Part shown: positions 28,299 through 39,371 of the stretch, one piece after another
How positions within the stretch are numbered: the stretch's first letter is position 1
How the letters are laid out: every line of letters starts with the position of its first letter
Source of the DNA: Bdellovibrionota bacterium
GTDB taxonomy: Bacteria > Bdellovibrionota_C > UBA2361 > JBGSMV01
Direction of reading: 5' to 3'
Assembly (NCBI GenBank): GCA_041739995.1
Contig: JBGSMV010000043.1
Coordinates: 1-64,000, forward strand
Length of the DNA: 64,000 bases
The notes under the pieces: model-generated
Seen by the model: the letters and a program-made list of their open reading frames with translations, nothing else
What the model was told of the DNA's origin: nothing
Database searches by the model: none
Made by a program: the position numbers and the translations under genes

Positions 28299-30230
28299 AT
28301 GAAGAAGGCCATATTGATTATTCTAAGCGCGATAGTCCTCCTATTGGTGGGGGTGTTTGTCCTGGCAATGGTAACCGCCAATTCGCTAGTGGCCTCCTTC
28401 AAGCCAGAAATCGAGCGCATCGCGGGCGAGGCTCTGGGGGTAAAAGCTCAGATATCAGAGATTGATGTGTCCGTAGTGCCAAGCACTTATTTCATGCTGA
28501 GAGGCCTTACCCTTTCGGATAATGAACACAGCGATGAGACTTTCTCCCTAAAGGAAGTCAGACTCGACGTTCGGCTCTGGGATCTGCTGAGCAAGAAACT
28601 GAGCATCTCCTCCCTCTCGGTTATCTCCCCCGATATTCTTGCGATTAAGGGACCTGAGGGAATCCGTATCGCTGGTCTCCCGAGCGGCTCCGCTTCTAAG
28701 GGAAAGAAGGCCGCGCGCGAAAGAAAGCAAAAGGAAGAACCGTCTGCGCAAACTTCTCCTAGCGAATCTCCGATATCTGTTGCTCTAGAGGAGATTCGAA
28801 TTGAAAACGCAACGCTGCGTCTAAATGACACCGTAGCTAAAAATGAAAAGAAGTTCGATCGCGTTAATCTACGTGCCGCAGTATCCCTCTCGGGGAAAGA
28901 AATTGTTATTCCTAACTTCGACCTATCCTTACGCGCGCTGGAGAGCGTTGAATTTTCTGCGACTGGCCAGGACATTACGATGAAAGGTGATGTGCTTGAC
29001 GCAAAAGCCATCGACATTTCACTTCTCGGAAATCGCTTCGCGCTTTCAGGTCGATTCAACCTAGCAGATAAATCTGGGGAAGCACGCGTCGACACCACTG
29101 GCGTAAAGATAGAGTCACTCCTTCCCTTAGCCGCTTTCGGCCCCCCTGATGCAAAGAAGACCGTCGACAATTTCCGTCCTGCTGGATCCTTTGGGCTACG
29201 TGCTCAAGGAAATTTTGGTCCCGGAACCTACGAGTCCGATGGGACTTTGGCGCTTTCTGACATCAGTGCTCACGTAGGCACAATGGTGGTGAGCGCTCTT
29301 TCTGGGGATCTTGCTTCAAATGCCACTCACGAGAAGGCGGAGGTTTCAACCACAAATCTTACCCTCAAACTGAATGACCAGCCGATAGCGGTGCAACTTA
29401 AGGGAACCTTCAAAGCCCCGGTTGCTTCGATCGAGTCCCTTAAACTGAATCTATTTTCTGGCACCGCCGACATCAGCGGAGACTTGCGTCTCGAGGATAA
29501 ACAGCCTTTACGCGCGACGTTTGGACTTAAGGGTATCAACGTAAGTCAGGCGCTGCTGGCTATCGGGCAACGCCCGGATCAACAAGCTTTTTCGGCTCTC
29601 GTAGATGAAGTCGATGGCATGGCTAGCTTTCCACTAAAAGGAGTACTTCCGCAGGATGCGACCGCCAACGCCAAGGTGTCTCTATCGAAGGCTGAGCTCA
29701 AGGGCTTCAATCTTGCGGGTGCGGTGTTGCGCGCGGTTAAGGGTCTTCCTTTCCTTAGTGGAGACCTTTACGAGTCTGTTCCGCCAGAACAACGTGGGGA
29801 CGTCGATGGCCCGAACACAGCCATATCTAAACTGACCGCTTCAATCACAGTCTCTGGTGGAAAGATTAAAACTCCAGACCTCCGCGCACAAAGCGCACTG
29901 TTTAACCTAGAGGCTGACGGCACGATCGGTTTTGATTCAAGCATGGATCTCAATGCCACGCTGTTGTTCAATCCAAAGTTTTCCGAAAGCTTGGTGAAAC
30001 GCTCGAAGGGGCTCAAAGGACTGCTCGACAGCGAGGGACGGCTTGTTGTCCCGCTTGCGATTAAAGGCACTGCTCCAAAACTTATTGTGCTTCCGAATAT
30101 CGAGCGCCTACTTAAGACAGGTGCCGGTAAGGCTCTCGAGGAAAAAGCTTCTGAGTTTCTTGGGAAGGCACTCGGCGCAGGAAATAAGGAAGGCGGTAAA
30201 AAGGGGCTCGGCGGGATGTTTGGGTTCTGA
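28299..30230 (+). CDS. AsmA-family protein
   Basis: N-terminal TM anchor; beta-rich body; C-terminal VPLAIKGTAPKL motif. Confidence 0.85.
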   Translation: MKKAILIILSAIVLLLVGVFVLAMVTANSLVASFKPEIERIAGEALGVKAQISEIDVSVVPSTYFMLRGLTLSDNEHSDETFSLKEVRLDVRLWDLLSKKLSISSLSVISPDILAIKGPEGIRIAGLPSGSASKGKKAARERKQKEEPSAQTSPSESPISVALEEIRIENATLRLNDTVAKNEKKFDRVNLRAAVSLSGKEIVIPNFDLSLRALESVEFSATGQDITMKGDVLDAKAIDISLLGNRFALSGRFNLADKSGEARVDTTGVKIESLLPLAAFGPPDAKKTVDNFRPAGSFGLRAQGNFGPGTYESDGTLALSDISAHVGTMVVSALSGDLASNATHEKAEVSTTNLTLKLNDQPIAVQLKGTFKAPVASIESLKLNLFSGTADISGDLRLEDKQPLRATFGLKGINVSQALLAIGQRPDQQAFSALVDEVDGMASFPLKGVLPQDATANAKVSLSKAELKGFNLAGAVLRAVKGLPFLSGDLYESVPPEQRGDVDGPNTAISKLTASITVSGGKIKTPDLRAQSALFNLEADGTIGFDSSMDLNATLLFNPKFSESLVKRSKGLKGLLDSEGRLVVPLAIKGTAPKLIVLPNIERLLKTGAGKALEEKASEFLGKALGAGNKEGGKKGLGGMFGF

Positions 30231-30537
30231 GCAGTGACTAGATGGCAAGAAGATTATTGTCGAAATCTCGGCTAATCTTCGCCGTTATAGTCTGTGGGGA
30301 GCTGAAGTAGCCGGCAAGGCTTTGTTCTGAATTAGATTCGAACGACCAATGTCCCCGCCCACAATTTCAGAAGTCTTCACGGCGCACTAGCTGCCAAGAC
30401 TTAAATCACAATATGGAAATATTAAGCTGAATCGGCCCATTTTCCGAAAAACTGCCCCCTCTGCTACGATGGAAAAGTCACACACTTAGCGTTTTGCTTC
30501 ATACTAGATCAAAGGAAAAGGAAGTCCGGAGTAGAAT

Positions 30538-31464
30538 ATGGAACCAAGTCGAGACTCAGGGAAGGGCCCGAGGAACGCCTCTCACCTACTCAACCCATCC
30601 GAAACGCTAAGAAGTCAGCTTCACCTTAAAAGGATTGAAGACGGGATCCCCGCGGCCATTTCAGAGCCACTATCCCAACTGATAAACGCGAGAGGATTCG
30701 ACGCCGCCAGGCGGATTCCTGGTGCGCAGTGCCTGCCTTTCTACGAGGAGAGTTATGCGGGCACCTTCAACGCAAGCGCTTCTAAGGCCTTACCGGACAT
30801 GATTCCAGGCTTTAGGCCACCCACGGACGAACAAATCGCAAAAATTGAACAGTGGAAAAAGGCCGAGCCCTCAAGAGCAGATCTTGCTTACGGCACTATG
30901 AACTCCAAAGAATCAGCGCTGGTGCAATGCGTTATTAGAGCCCTAAATCCACGCACCATGTTTGAATTTGGAACCCATCAAGGAATCCTTACAAACAGGA
31001 TGATTTCTGCTGCTCCAGAAGATTGCGTGATGCTTACTCTAGACATTCCTCCGAGCGAGCTTTCGAGCGGACGCGGAATTATCGCTTCGGATCGAACCAA
31101 CCTGGACTACGTGCGGCATTCTGACGATGCCATGGGAATTCATATTGAAGATAAGTACCAGAATAGAGTTATCCGTATGATCGGCGATTCTATGCGGCTA
31201 GACGTAACTCACCTGCGTGAAAAAATTGATTTAGTGGTTGTTGATGGCGGCCATCAGTACCCCGTAGCAGCTCGAGATATCAAAAACGCTTGGGAAATGC
31301 TGTCACCCGGTGGCGTCTTGCTCATTGATGACTATAAGACTCTGCGAACCGAAGGAGTGATGCTCGCAGTTATGGAGCATCGACGGAATACCGGTGCACC
31401 TGCGTATCTAATCAATTTCTTCAAGGATCTCGAGACGGACATGGTTATGTTCATAAAAGAGTGA
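30538..31464 (+). CDS. Class I SAM-dependent methyltransferase (Methyltransf_24-like)
   Basis: FEFGTHQG, LTLD, GDS, DLVVVDGGH and LSPGGVLLIDDY motifs. Confidence 0.9.
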   Translation: MEPSRDSGKGPRNASHLLNPSETLRSQLHLKRIEDGIPAAISEPLSQLINARGFDAARRIPGAQCLPFYEESYAGTFNASASKALPDMIPGFRPPTDEQIAKIEQWKKAEPSRADLAYGTMNSKESALVQCVIRALNPRTMFEFGTHQGILTNRMISAAPEDCVMLTLDIPPSELSSGRGIIASDRTNLDYVRHSDDAMGIHIEDKYQNRVIRMIGDSMRLDVTHLREKIDLVVVDGGHQYPVAARDIKNAWEMLSPGGVLLIDDYKTLRTEGVMLAVMEHRRNTGAPAYLINFFKDLETDMVMFIKE

Positions 31465-31471
31465 GTCGCCT

Positions 31472-32074
31472 ATGCCAACTCAATCTCCATCGACACAACA
31501 GCTCGTAACCGACATCAAAGAACTGATTAAGCCTTTCCTGAATGCGCAAGATAGTTGGCATGGATTCCAACATGTCAGTCGTGTAGTTGCGTTCGCTAAA
31601 CAAGTTAATCAGGCTGAGAAGGCGGATCCTTTCCTAGTCGAGGTTGGAGCTTGGCTTCACCAGTTGCATGATCCTAACCTCGACAAATTGAAACAAATTC
31701 TCGGTGCACTTCGCATCTCTCCTGTCCAAAGGCACAAATTATTCGAGATAGTAGAGCAGTGCCGTCCTAATAAAATTTCGCCTCAATCCAGCCATGAAGC
31801 GCGTGTGGTGTTTGATGCTGATGCCGGTGATTTGATGGGACCGGCTGGAATTTTGCGCGAAGTACTTTGCAACTACGGAGATAGAAAGCTGTCCCCAATC
31901 GACGCGATTACTGGAGCTCGATCAGTACAGCTTCTCTTTGTAGAAAAGCTTCAAACAGTTGGGGGACGAGAGCTCTTTCGACCTCGAATTGAAGCTGCGA
32001 GTCACTTCTGGGATTCTCTCAGCAGGGATGAAGGAGCTCTAGAAGAGATTCTTCGGATTGCTCCTAAGCCCTAA
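31472..32074 (+). CDS. HD-domain protein (variant motif)
   Basis: HGFQHVSRV...AWLHQLHD...VFDADAGDLMGPAGILR. Confidence 0.8.
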   Translation: MPTQSPSTQQLVTDIKELIKPFLNAQDSWHGFQHVSRVVAFAKQVNQAEKADPFLVEVGAWLHQLHDPNLDKLKQILGALRISPVQRHKLFEIVEQCRPNKISPQSSHEARVVFDADAGDLMGPAGILREVLCNYGDRKLSPIDAITGARSVQLLFVEKLQTVGGRELFRPRIEAASHFWDSLSRDEGALEEILRIAPKP

Positions 32075-32109
32075 ACACCAAAGGTTCACTTACCCCGTTA
32101 GTGACCGCA

Positions 32110-34323
32110 TCAGTGCCGAAGAGCGCGCAAACGCTCAATTGATTGTGTAGGAAGCACCGTGCGCGCAAGGCGCTCAACCCCCGCACGAACGCCACAGCGA
32201 TCGAGCACTTGAATACCCTGATTAACCAGATGCGAGACCGCACGGCGCAAGATTCGCTTGGGCCCGTCGCGCGCTAAGAGGCCGCGATCTGAAACGAGTT
32301 GCCAAAGCACTGCGCTGTCCGTTGCATGCCTAGCCCCTACTTCTTTGTAAATCTGCTCGTAACTTTCCGCCCACGTGGAACGACTATCTTGAACAATGCG
32401 GGCTGCCTGGTCACGGCAAGCACTCCACTTTTCAGAAGACCCTGCAATCTCATTAAGCAAAGCCAAGCACGGCTCTAATTTCATTTCGTTCAGCACCCAC
32501 CCGCATTGGCGTTCTTGTACTCGCTCAGCGGGACCGCCCTCAGGGCCAACTATGACCGGAACCCCAAAAGACAAGGTTTCTTCAACCGCAAGTCCAAAAG
32601 TCTCAGGACACAGCGACGGGAAGAGTGCCACATGCGGCGAAAAGCTCTTTAGCTGTTCTCGTAGCTCTGCACTCGAGTGGTAGGCCCCATTGGAACTGAG
32701 CTGCAACGAGCCATCTAATGGAGTTCCATGAATGCCTCCAAAGACCCTCAGCTCTAGCGGCTTTCCACACGAAAGCTGGCGCACAGCCGCTAGTTGATTC
32801 GCAAGGTCTAGCCCCTTATGCGGTGCGAGTGTTCCAACCAGAGCTACTCTAAAAACATCCTCATTTTCCGGGGGAACAAGCTCAATCTGCTCTCCTCGAT
32901 CCACCACGTGATGAAGCAACTTCAATCGCGGAAGTGCGCCATACGTAATTTCAAAGACATCTTTCGAGAAGCTAGAAAAATGAATTGTGGCCTTCGCTGA
33001 CTTAAGCAGCTCCCCATGCGCCTTTCGATACTGGTCAACATAGCCTTGCTCAAACCCGCAAGCCTTGTGGCATTCAAAAAGTCCGCAGCGACGAAGCTCA
33101 GGTGTCAGCAGATAGAATCGCGGGCAAACCGAAGAGTGATCATGCGCACTCACTACTACTCGTGAATGCTTTCTGAGTGCCTTGGAAAGATCCACAGCTT
33201 CGAAGCCGCGCGTATGGTGTACATGGGCAATTGAGAATAATTCCGGTGCACAGAGCAACTGTAAAACTTCAAAAGTAGGCTTAAGACGCCAAGTTCGTTC
33301 AAAGGCTCCAATGTGGCAGGTTAAATGAAAGGCTCCATCAGCACACACCAGGGAAAAATGGGAAAATTTGCCGAGCGACTCAATCTGCTTTTGAACAACG
33401 CGCTCAGTGCCCCCGACATTATGGCGCAGTGCTTTGGTGGGGCCGTTATGCAGAATATGCAGAACAGACGAAGGTCTCACGTCAATGAGCTTTTGAATCA
33501 GTGCTTTCTCAATACGATCATGCACTGCGCGCAGAGGGTTCGTCTGTCGAAACCGCTGCACCGCTCCAAAGTAGCGCGGATAGCGCTCGGCTATGATGCG
33601 GCTATTATCAACTTGAAGTTGCTGCTTCTGTTCAGAAAATGACTTACTGCCTTCGTGATACACAAACGTGGCGTCATCCAGGATATCCGCAAAGCCAAGC
33701 TTCTGCGCCCTTAGTGAGAAGTCGTTTTCTTCGCCGTACCCTTTGCCAAACGCCGCTTCATCAAACAATCCGACCCGCTCCAGCACCTCGCGCTTGATAT
33801 ACACACAGAATCCTACGCACGTCGGAAGCTTTGGGTATTCACGGGCAGAGACGTTCTCTACTAGAACACCCATCTGGTCTACATCAAGAAAAGGTGGAAT
33901 TTCGTTTTCTTCAAAAAATGACGGCACTGAACATACCGTGCCGTTGTTGGTCAATGGTGTAACGGTCCCGACTCGTGGGCGTGAGTAGGCGGCGCGGCTA
34001 AGTTTCGTAAGCCAACCCTTAGTAACAATAGTATCACTATTTAAAAGCACTACGTCGTGCGGGGACTCCCGGCACATTCCCTCGTTGCAGCTGGCGACAA
34101 AGCCAAGATTGCGTTCGTGGCGAATCGAGGTGACATTCGAGTTTTTGGCAAGCAAGTCCGAGATACATGCGCTGAATATGCCCGCGGTACTCGCATCATC
34201 GATCACGAGTACTGCTTCATTCGAACGGTGTCGAAGCACGCTCTCAAGGCAGCGCCTCGCTTCACTAAAAGCGTTGAAGACGGGGATGATTACCGTCACT
34301 GCTGCAGAAACAGGGCTATTCAC
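32110..34323 (-). CDS. Two-domain glycosyltransferase (GT2 plus GT4-like)
   Basis: VIIPVFN, IDDAS, NLGFVASCN, LLNSD, GYGEENDF; C-terminal PHKG and PSLCPETFGLAVEE. Confidence 0.92.
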   Translation of the reverse strand: MNSPVSAAVTVIIPVFNAFSEARRCLESVLRHRSNEAVLVIDDASTAGIFSACISDLLAKNSNVTSIRHERNLGFVASCNEGMCRESPHDVVLLNSDTIVTKGWLTKLSRAAYSRPRVGTVTPLTNNGTVCSVPSFFEENEIPPFLDVDQMGVLVENVSAREYPKLPTCVGFCVYIKREVLERVGLFDEAAFGKGYGEENDFSLRAQKLGFADILDDATFVYHEGSKSFSEQKQQLQVDNSRIIAERYPRYFGAVQRFRQTNPLRAVHDRIEKALIQKLIDVRPSSVLHILHNGPTKALRHNVGGTERVVQKQIESLGKFSHFSLVCADGAFHLTCHIGAFERTWRLKPTFEVLQLLCAPELFSIAHVHHTRGFEAVDLSKALRKHSRVVVSAHDHSSVCPRFYLLTPELRRCGLFECHKACGFEQGYVDQYRKAHGELLKSAKATIHFSSFSKDVFEITYGALPRLKLLHHVVDRGEQIELVPPENEDVFRVALVGTLAPHKGLDLANQLAAVRQLSCGKPLELRVFGGIHGTPLDGSLQLSSNGAYHSSAELREQLKSFSPHVALFPSLCPETFGLAVEETLSFGVPVIVGPEGGPAERVQERQCGWVLNEMKLEPCLALLNEIAGSSEKWSACRDQAARIVQDSRSTWAESYEQIYKEVGARHATDSAVLWQLVSDRGLLARDGPKRILRRAVSHLVNQGIQVLDRCGVRAGVERLARTVLPTQSIERLRALRH

Positions 34324-34636
34324 TAAAGAAACGACCTCGCGATATCAGACACCAATCTCTCGCGCCTCAGACTACCAAGTTCTTAGTCCGTCAGCAGCGG
34401 CTGGCCGCCACTCACTCCAGGGCCTGCCGTAGTACACATTAGACCGCCCAGGCATGAGGGGATAGCTCCTGCGCTTCGGTAAATTCGAGCGATTACGCAA
34501 GCTCCCTGCCCACCTAAAGCGCCTTCCCATTATTTGAAAGTGGCTATAGCGGCCTCCTCGGTCGGACAAGCCTCGCAGGACCGACGTTTTACGAAAGGCA
34601 CTTAAGAAGATCACCCCCAGAACCGACGACCTGTAA

Positions 34637-36415
34637 ATGAACAACGCCAACCCAAAGATCCCCAAAGCTAAGAGTGGCCGGTTCACTTGGACGGCGTTCT
34701 TCTGCTTAACTACACTTCTGGCCACCTTTGATCCAAACTTGGCACATGCCCAATTCGTTCCGGCTGGTCCCGCGCCGCTTTCGCGCGGCGTGGCGGGCAG
34801 TGTTTCAAATGGGGCAAGTGTGCGTCCCTCCGTGGCGCCAAATGGGCAGTTTGCTGCCTTCGCCAGCTCAGCTTCCAACCTCGTTCCCATGGATACAAAT
34901 GGTGTCTCTGACATATTCGTCGCCGACACCGACCAACGTAACTTGACTCGCGTCAGCGTGAACAACCAGGGACAACAAGGCGATGCCGCATCGACTGAAC
35001 CATCAATTAGTCCGATCGCGCCCGATGGATTCTACGCGGTGACTTTTGTTTCGAGCTCTACCAATTTCGGCCGGGCACCAATGCCGAACGCCCCCCAAAA
35101 TATTATCTTTCGAGCACCTACGCTCAGTCTTTCAGCAATCGTTACATTTGGAACAGGCCCAACCGCCGCGAATGGAGATAGCGAAAGTCCCTCAACCACG
35201 ATTATTCCAGCACCAAATCGCATTTTAGTCGCTTATGCCTCAAACGCGTCGAACCTGGTCACCAACGATGCTAACTCCTTCAAAGACGTCTTCTTTGCTT
35301 CAATCCGACGGCCTGAAAAAGCTGCAGGAGAGGAATTCCCGGACCTGGTAAGCACAACCTTGGTAAGTATCAACTCGCTTGGTGAGGCGGCAGACGGCGA
35401 GAGCAGCACTCCTAAAATTAGCGGCGACGGAAAGATGATCGTTTTTTCCTCGGTCGCGTCAAACCTTCTTGCAGGACGAGAAATCTCGGGAACCCAGATT
35501 TATCTGTATAATATTCAAAAACGGAGCCTCAGCATCGTAAGCCAAGATTCCGGGGGAAATGAGGCGAACGGCACCTGCACCTCACCGTCCATCAGCTTCA
35601 ATGGCAGATATGTTTTGTATAATACCACCGCCACCAATATCGTCTCCAATCCAGAAATGGACGGGGTAGCTTTAGTGCTCTACGACACGTTTACGGGAGT
35701 GAGCCAGCGTGTGAATAGCGCCGTGGGCGGGGAGCCGGGAGACGGGGTTCCCGATGGAGCCAGCGTCTCTCCCGATGGCCGCTTTGTAGGATTTTCAGAC
35801 ACCTCCACCAATCTGATACCGAATGACACGAATGCAGTGGAAGATATTTTCATTAAAGATCTTGAAAGCGGTGCAGTAGAGCGCATTAGCGTCGGGCCTA
35901 ACGGACAAGGAAATGCAACGAGTGACAGCCCAAGTTTCGGTGGAGCCTCGTTTAATAGCAGCACCGGCCTCTTTACGTTCCGCTCGTTCAGTACGAACCT
36001 TGGAGATCCAAACCTGCCTCCACCGTCTGGACTCGGGGACATCTTCCTTGTTCGTATTGGCCTCCCTAAGCCACCGCTTACCAGAGATACCCGCCTCGAA
36101 GTTCCGGCTGACGTGTCTGTCTCCAAACGTAAAGCCATCGTCTCCACTCTAGAATTCGGAGAGGTCGATCTTTCCGCCGAGGGCAGCCAGGTCGAAACCA
36201 GTGCTACCACGGTGAAGTACGATGTGAGGGTGAACGGCACGGGAAGCATCAAAAACGAACGCTACCGAAAGGTCTCCAAGCGAAATACCACGACCTTTCG
36301 GAATTTGCCTTCCGGAACTTATAAATCTCGCTATCGCGTCGTTTCTTCAACTGGAGGTGGTACGACTTCGCGCTCCAGCTATAGCCCTATTCAGCGGTTT
36401 AAGATCAGTCGGTAG
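34637..36415 (+). CDS. Secreted TolB/PD40-like beta-propeller protein with a basic C-terminal domain
   Basis: Signal peptide; repeats of PSxSxDGRFVxFxSxAxNLVxxDTNxxxDIF. Confidence 0.88.
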   Translation: MNNANPKIPKAKSGRFTWTAFFCLTTLLATFDPNLAHAQFVPAGPAPLSRGVAGSVSNGASVRPSVAPNGQFAAFASSASNLVPMDTNGVSDIFVADTDQRNLTRVSVNNQGQQGDAASTEPSISPIAPDGFYAVTFVSSSTNFGRAPMPNAPQNIIFRAPTLSLSAIVTFGTGPTAANGDSESPSTTIIPAPNRILVAYASNASNLVTNDANSFKDVFFASIRRPEKAAGEEFPDLVSTTLVSINSLGEAADGESSTPKISGDGKMIVFSSVASNLLAGREISGTQIYLYNIQKRSLSIVSQDSGGNEANGTCTSPSISFNGRYVLYNTTATNIVSNPEMDGVALVLYDTFTGVSQRVNSAVGGEPGDGVPDGASVSPDGRFVGFSDTSTNLIPNDTNAVEDIFIKDLESGAVERISVGPNGQGNATSDSPSFGGASFNSSTGLFTFRSFSTNLGDPNLPPPSGLGDIFLVRIGLPKPPLTRDTRLEVPADVSVSKRKAIVSTLEFGEVDLSAEGSQVETSATTVKYDVRVNGTGSIKNERYRKVSKRNTTTFRNLPSGTYKSRYRVVSSTGGGTTSRSSYSPIQRFKISR

Positions 36416-36664
36416 CGCGACCGACTCATTTGGTGACCTTTTGAAACCTGGTGTGGGACTACTTTACTGCTGGGTTGTTTTACTCACCGGCGCTTGCTCC
36501 CTGGTAGGTAACCCATTGGAGTTATTAGCTAATATTTCAGATACACAGTAAAAAGTAGCCCCGCACCAGTAGACGGGAACAAATTCTAACGCCTGACGCG
36601 AAGCGCCGAGCGACGCAACGAGGAACTCCCTCTAGCGAGAAATGGCTGCGCACCAGCAGAGAAA

Positions 36665-39028
36665 CTACCGTGGGTGCTTGCCGCCGTCGGTGAACCCGGC
36701 AATGAATGATCGAACGCGACTCGGTCCCCATCCAGGAAAATAGCCGCGGTCCTTATCCAATCGTCGCAAACCACTCCGCCCCCTCCGAACAAGCGAATCT
36801 CCAGCCACAGCACCCAAACCTAGAAAGCTGCCCAACAGGACGTACGCCGACCAGGGATGCGCCAAGATAGCTCTAGACAGATTTTCGACGCGAAGATCGT
36901 TAACGGACTTCCCTGGGATAGTTTCAATCATTCGCGTGCTGGGTGAGTAGCGCCGCATATCAGCTCCCACGTAAGTAAAACTTAAAAAGCGCCCGTCCTG
37001 ATCAAGCTCCATTTCAGGGGCAGCGGTCGTTCGATTTGGTGCTATCACGTAACAGTCGGGAGCAGCGTCAATAAACAGTTGCTGAATATTTCTTACCCCG
37101 CCTTCTTGTCCGCCCGTCGAACAGCTCACAAAAGCTATCGTACCACCGGGCTTCATGAACTTTCCTATATCCTGCACGTACTTGTCATCCGTAGACTCCA
37201 GTCGCTCGTCCCGAACGAATGCGGAGAAGCTTCCCCAAGCGATCTGTCCCTCAAACCCGTGTGCAATCGGTATGAACAGCTCCACCTTTCCTGGTAGTTC
37301 CGAAGCAACCTGCTTCATAGTTCTCGCAAACTCATCCTGTTTTCCAAGCTCAAAATAAACTACTCGATATGCTGCGGTGAGCCTATCGATGATATCCGAC
37401 TTTCGGTGTTCAGCAGGATTGTTGAGTGTCGCAAAAGCGTCGTTGTGATCACTCTGCGAAGAGGCCGCTATTACAAGCGCGAAGGGACGATCGTCCTGCG
37501 TTCGCAGTGATATGAGATCGGAGAGAGGAGTGAGTGGCGACAGTCGTTCGCGAGTCTCTGCATCGGACAGGAGTGTTCGCTGGCGAATAATCTCCCCTGC
37601 ATTATCAAACCGCTCAATCCCCTGAATGTTAAGAATCTCAAGTGACTTAAGGCCATTAAAGGCACTCCTAAGCTGCGCAGAGTTGACCACTCCGAACCGA
37701 AGGATCTCAGCTGCTACCGCCCTCGGGTTCGAAAAGAATAGGTCCGCACTCAATCCAGCCCAGCCCCCACCGCGCTCCCCAAATTCCGCCTCGCCAGCAG
37801 TGATAAGCCAGGCCAACTCAGGGACGCGCAGACCCCATTCAGCCATGAAGGGTGAATACGTGACGGAATCCAGTTCATCAGTACACCCCGCCTGAAGGTA
37901 CCGATTGGCAATTAATCGAACGTGTAGAACGACGTCCGGATACACCGACAACACTGGCGAGAGATCGGCTAAGTCATCAAGACGCTGCATCGAATCAAGA
38001 AGCTCTTTGCGCTTCGTTCGATCTGCGAAGCGCTCGATCAGGATCGAACGAACTTCCGGGAGCATGTACATTGTTCGCAAAAATGGAGAGTTCGGATCGT
38101 CCCGAATGTCCTCAAGCTTTAGGGCCTCAGTAGCGCCGTACAATTCCGGTGGTAGAAATGGCATGAAGCCCGCCTTCTCTGAGATTGCCATGGCCTCCCT
38201 AACCAACCGGCCAAGAATCGGGTCCTCAAACGACTGTGGTTCAAGGTCAGAAACAAGAAGCTCGATAACCAGCCGAGCGACTATCGGCCTTTCAGAAAGT
38301 GGTATTGCATCAAGCAACTGCCTACAATTTTCCGCCACTGCAGTGAGGCTCAGCCCGAACCTTCCTCCGAGAAGGATCGCGCGAGCTCGATCCTCAACAG
38401 TCCCTTGTTGTGTCGTCTCTTCCCAAAACTGCCGAACCGGCTGGGCGGAGAGTGTCCAAATTGGCATTGCTTCAAGGCACACTAACCTTTCCGAGACCGA
38501 ATGAGTGTCCATTGAGCGAAAGCCATTCGAATATACCTCTCGCAGGTCATCCTCTAAACGCTTCCGCGTAGCGAGATCTGGCTCAGCTTCCACTATCCTC
38601 TCTAAAACGAATGAGACATTAGGATAAAATAAATTTTCTCTCTGCCAAATCAACGGATTAGACGAAAACACCTCCAACGGGATGACCGCTAGTTCCTTGC
38701 GGGTGAGCTCATAGAAGATTTCTGTGAGTGCCGATGCAATCTGCGGACTCGCCCAAAGTGCGGGTGGCATTTCGGTGAGAAATTGTTTGCGTTGCGATCC
38801 GGTAAGCAGCGCAGCAGCTACAAGATCGGCGTCGGACTTTTCTGCTTCGGTAAGCTCCTCCCAACGAGTGATACCAATCCGGACTTCTCGAATCGTCTCA
38901 GGTCGATCGCGCTGTCGAGTGACACCGACCGGGGGCTCCCCTCCTTCTTGCGCACACGTTAGCGGTGGCATACTTAGGGCAGCCATGGCCACGAAAGCAG
39001 TCGCACTTCTATTCTGTTTCATAAGCAT
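36665..39028 (-). CDS. Exported, C-terminally anchored protein with a putative clan CD (caspase-like) peptidase domain
   Basis: Signal peptide; helical N-terminal region; DHNDAF, FIPIAHG and IAFVSCSTG motifs; C-terminal TM followed by basic residues. Confidence 0.65.
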   Translation of the reverse strand: MLMKQNRSATAFVAMAALSMPPLTCAQEGGEPPVGVTRQRDRPETIREVRIGITRWEELTEAEKSDADLVAAALLTGSQRKQFLTEMPPALWASPQIASALTEIFYELTRKELAVIPLEVFSSNPLIWQRENLFYPNVSFVLERIVEAEPDLATRKRLEDDLREVYSNGFRSMDTHSVSERLVCLEAMPIWTLSAQPVRQFWEETTQQGTVEDRARAILLGGRFGLSLTAVAENCRQLLDAIPLSERPIVARLVIELLVSDLEPQSFEDPILGRLVREAMAISEKAGFMPFLPPELYGATEALKLEDIRDDPNSPFLRTMYMLPEVRSILIERFADRTKRKELLDSMQRLDDLADLSPVLSVYPDVVLHVRLIANRYLQAGCTDELDSVTYSPFMAEWGLRVPELAWLITAGEAEFGERGGGWAGLSADLFFSNPRAVAAEILRFGVVNSAQLRSAFNGLKSLEILNIQGIERFDNAGEIIRQRTLLSDAETRERLSPLTPLSDLISLRTQDDRPFALVIAASSQSDHNDAFATLNNPAEHRKSDIIDRLTAAYRVVYFELGKQDEFARTMKQVASELPGKVELFIPIAHGFEGQIAWGSFSAFVRDERLESTDDKYVQDIGKFMKPGGTIAFVSCSTGGQEGGVRNIQQLFIDAAPDCYVIAPNRTTAAPEMELDQDGRFLSFTYVGADMRRYSPSTRMIETIPGKSVNDLRVENLSRAILAHPWSAYVLLGSFLGLGAVAGDSLVRRGRSGLRRLDKDRGYFPGWGPSRVRSFIAGFTDGGKHPR

Positions 39029-39371
39029 TCTCTAATTCAATTGTTCTTAAGTTCAGGCCCGCTCAGATATATAGTCAGAACATTCGTGCCGCAGTTGAAT
39101 ACCTACGCTGTTTGTCTTAATGCGACGTCCCCCACTGCACCGTCTCGGGATCCAGCGACGGGCTGTTAAGGAGAAGATTTGCCCCGCACCAGAAGGGAAA
39201 GAGGTGAAATTTGAGAATTTGGCTAATCCTAGGATGAGGAGCCCGGCTCTAGCCGAGAATTCTGACGAGGGAGCGATACCGGCGTTTCCTCGGACCGCCC
39301 CCCTCGATTAACGATTCCTTAGCGATTAGGGCACTAGGAGAAGGCTACCTCGAGTTATTGATCATGAACTC

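Noticed and set aside
30325..30350. gattcgaac resembling a minus-strand tRNA T-arm
   Set aside because: No T-stem, acceptor stem or cloverleaf can be formed.
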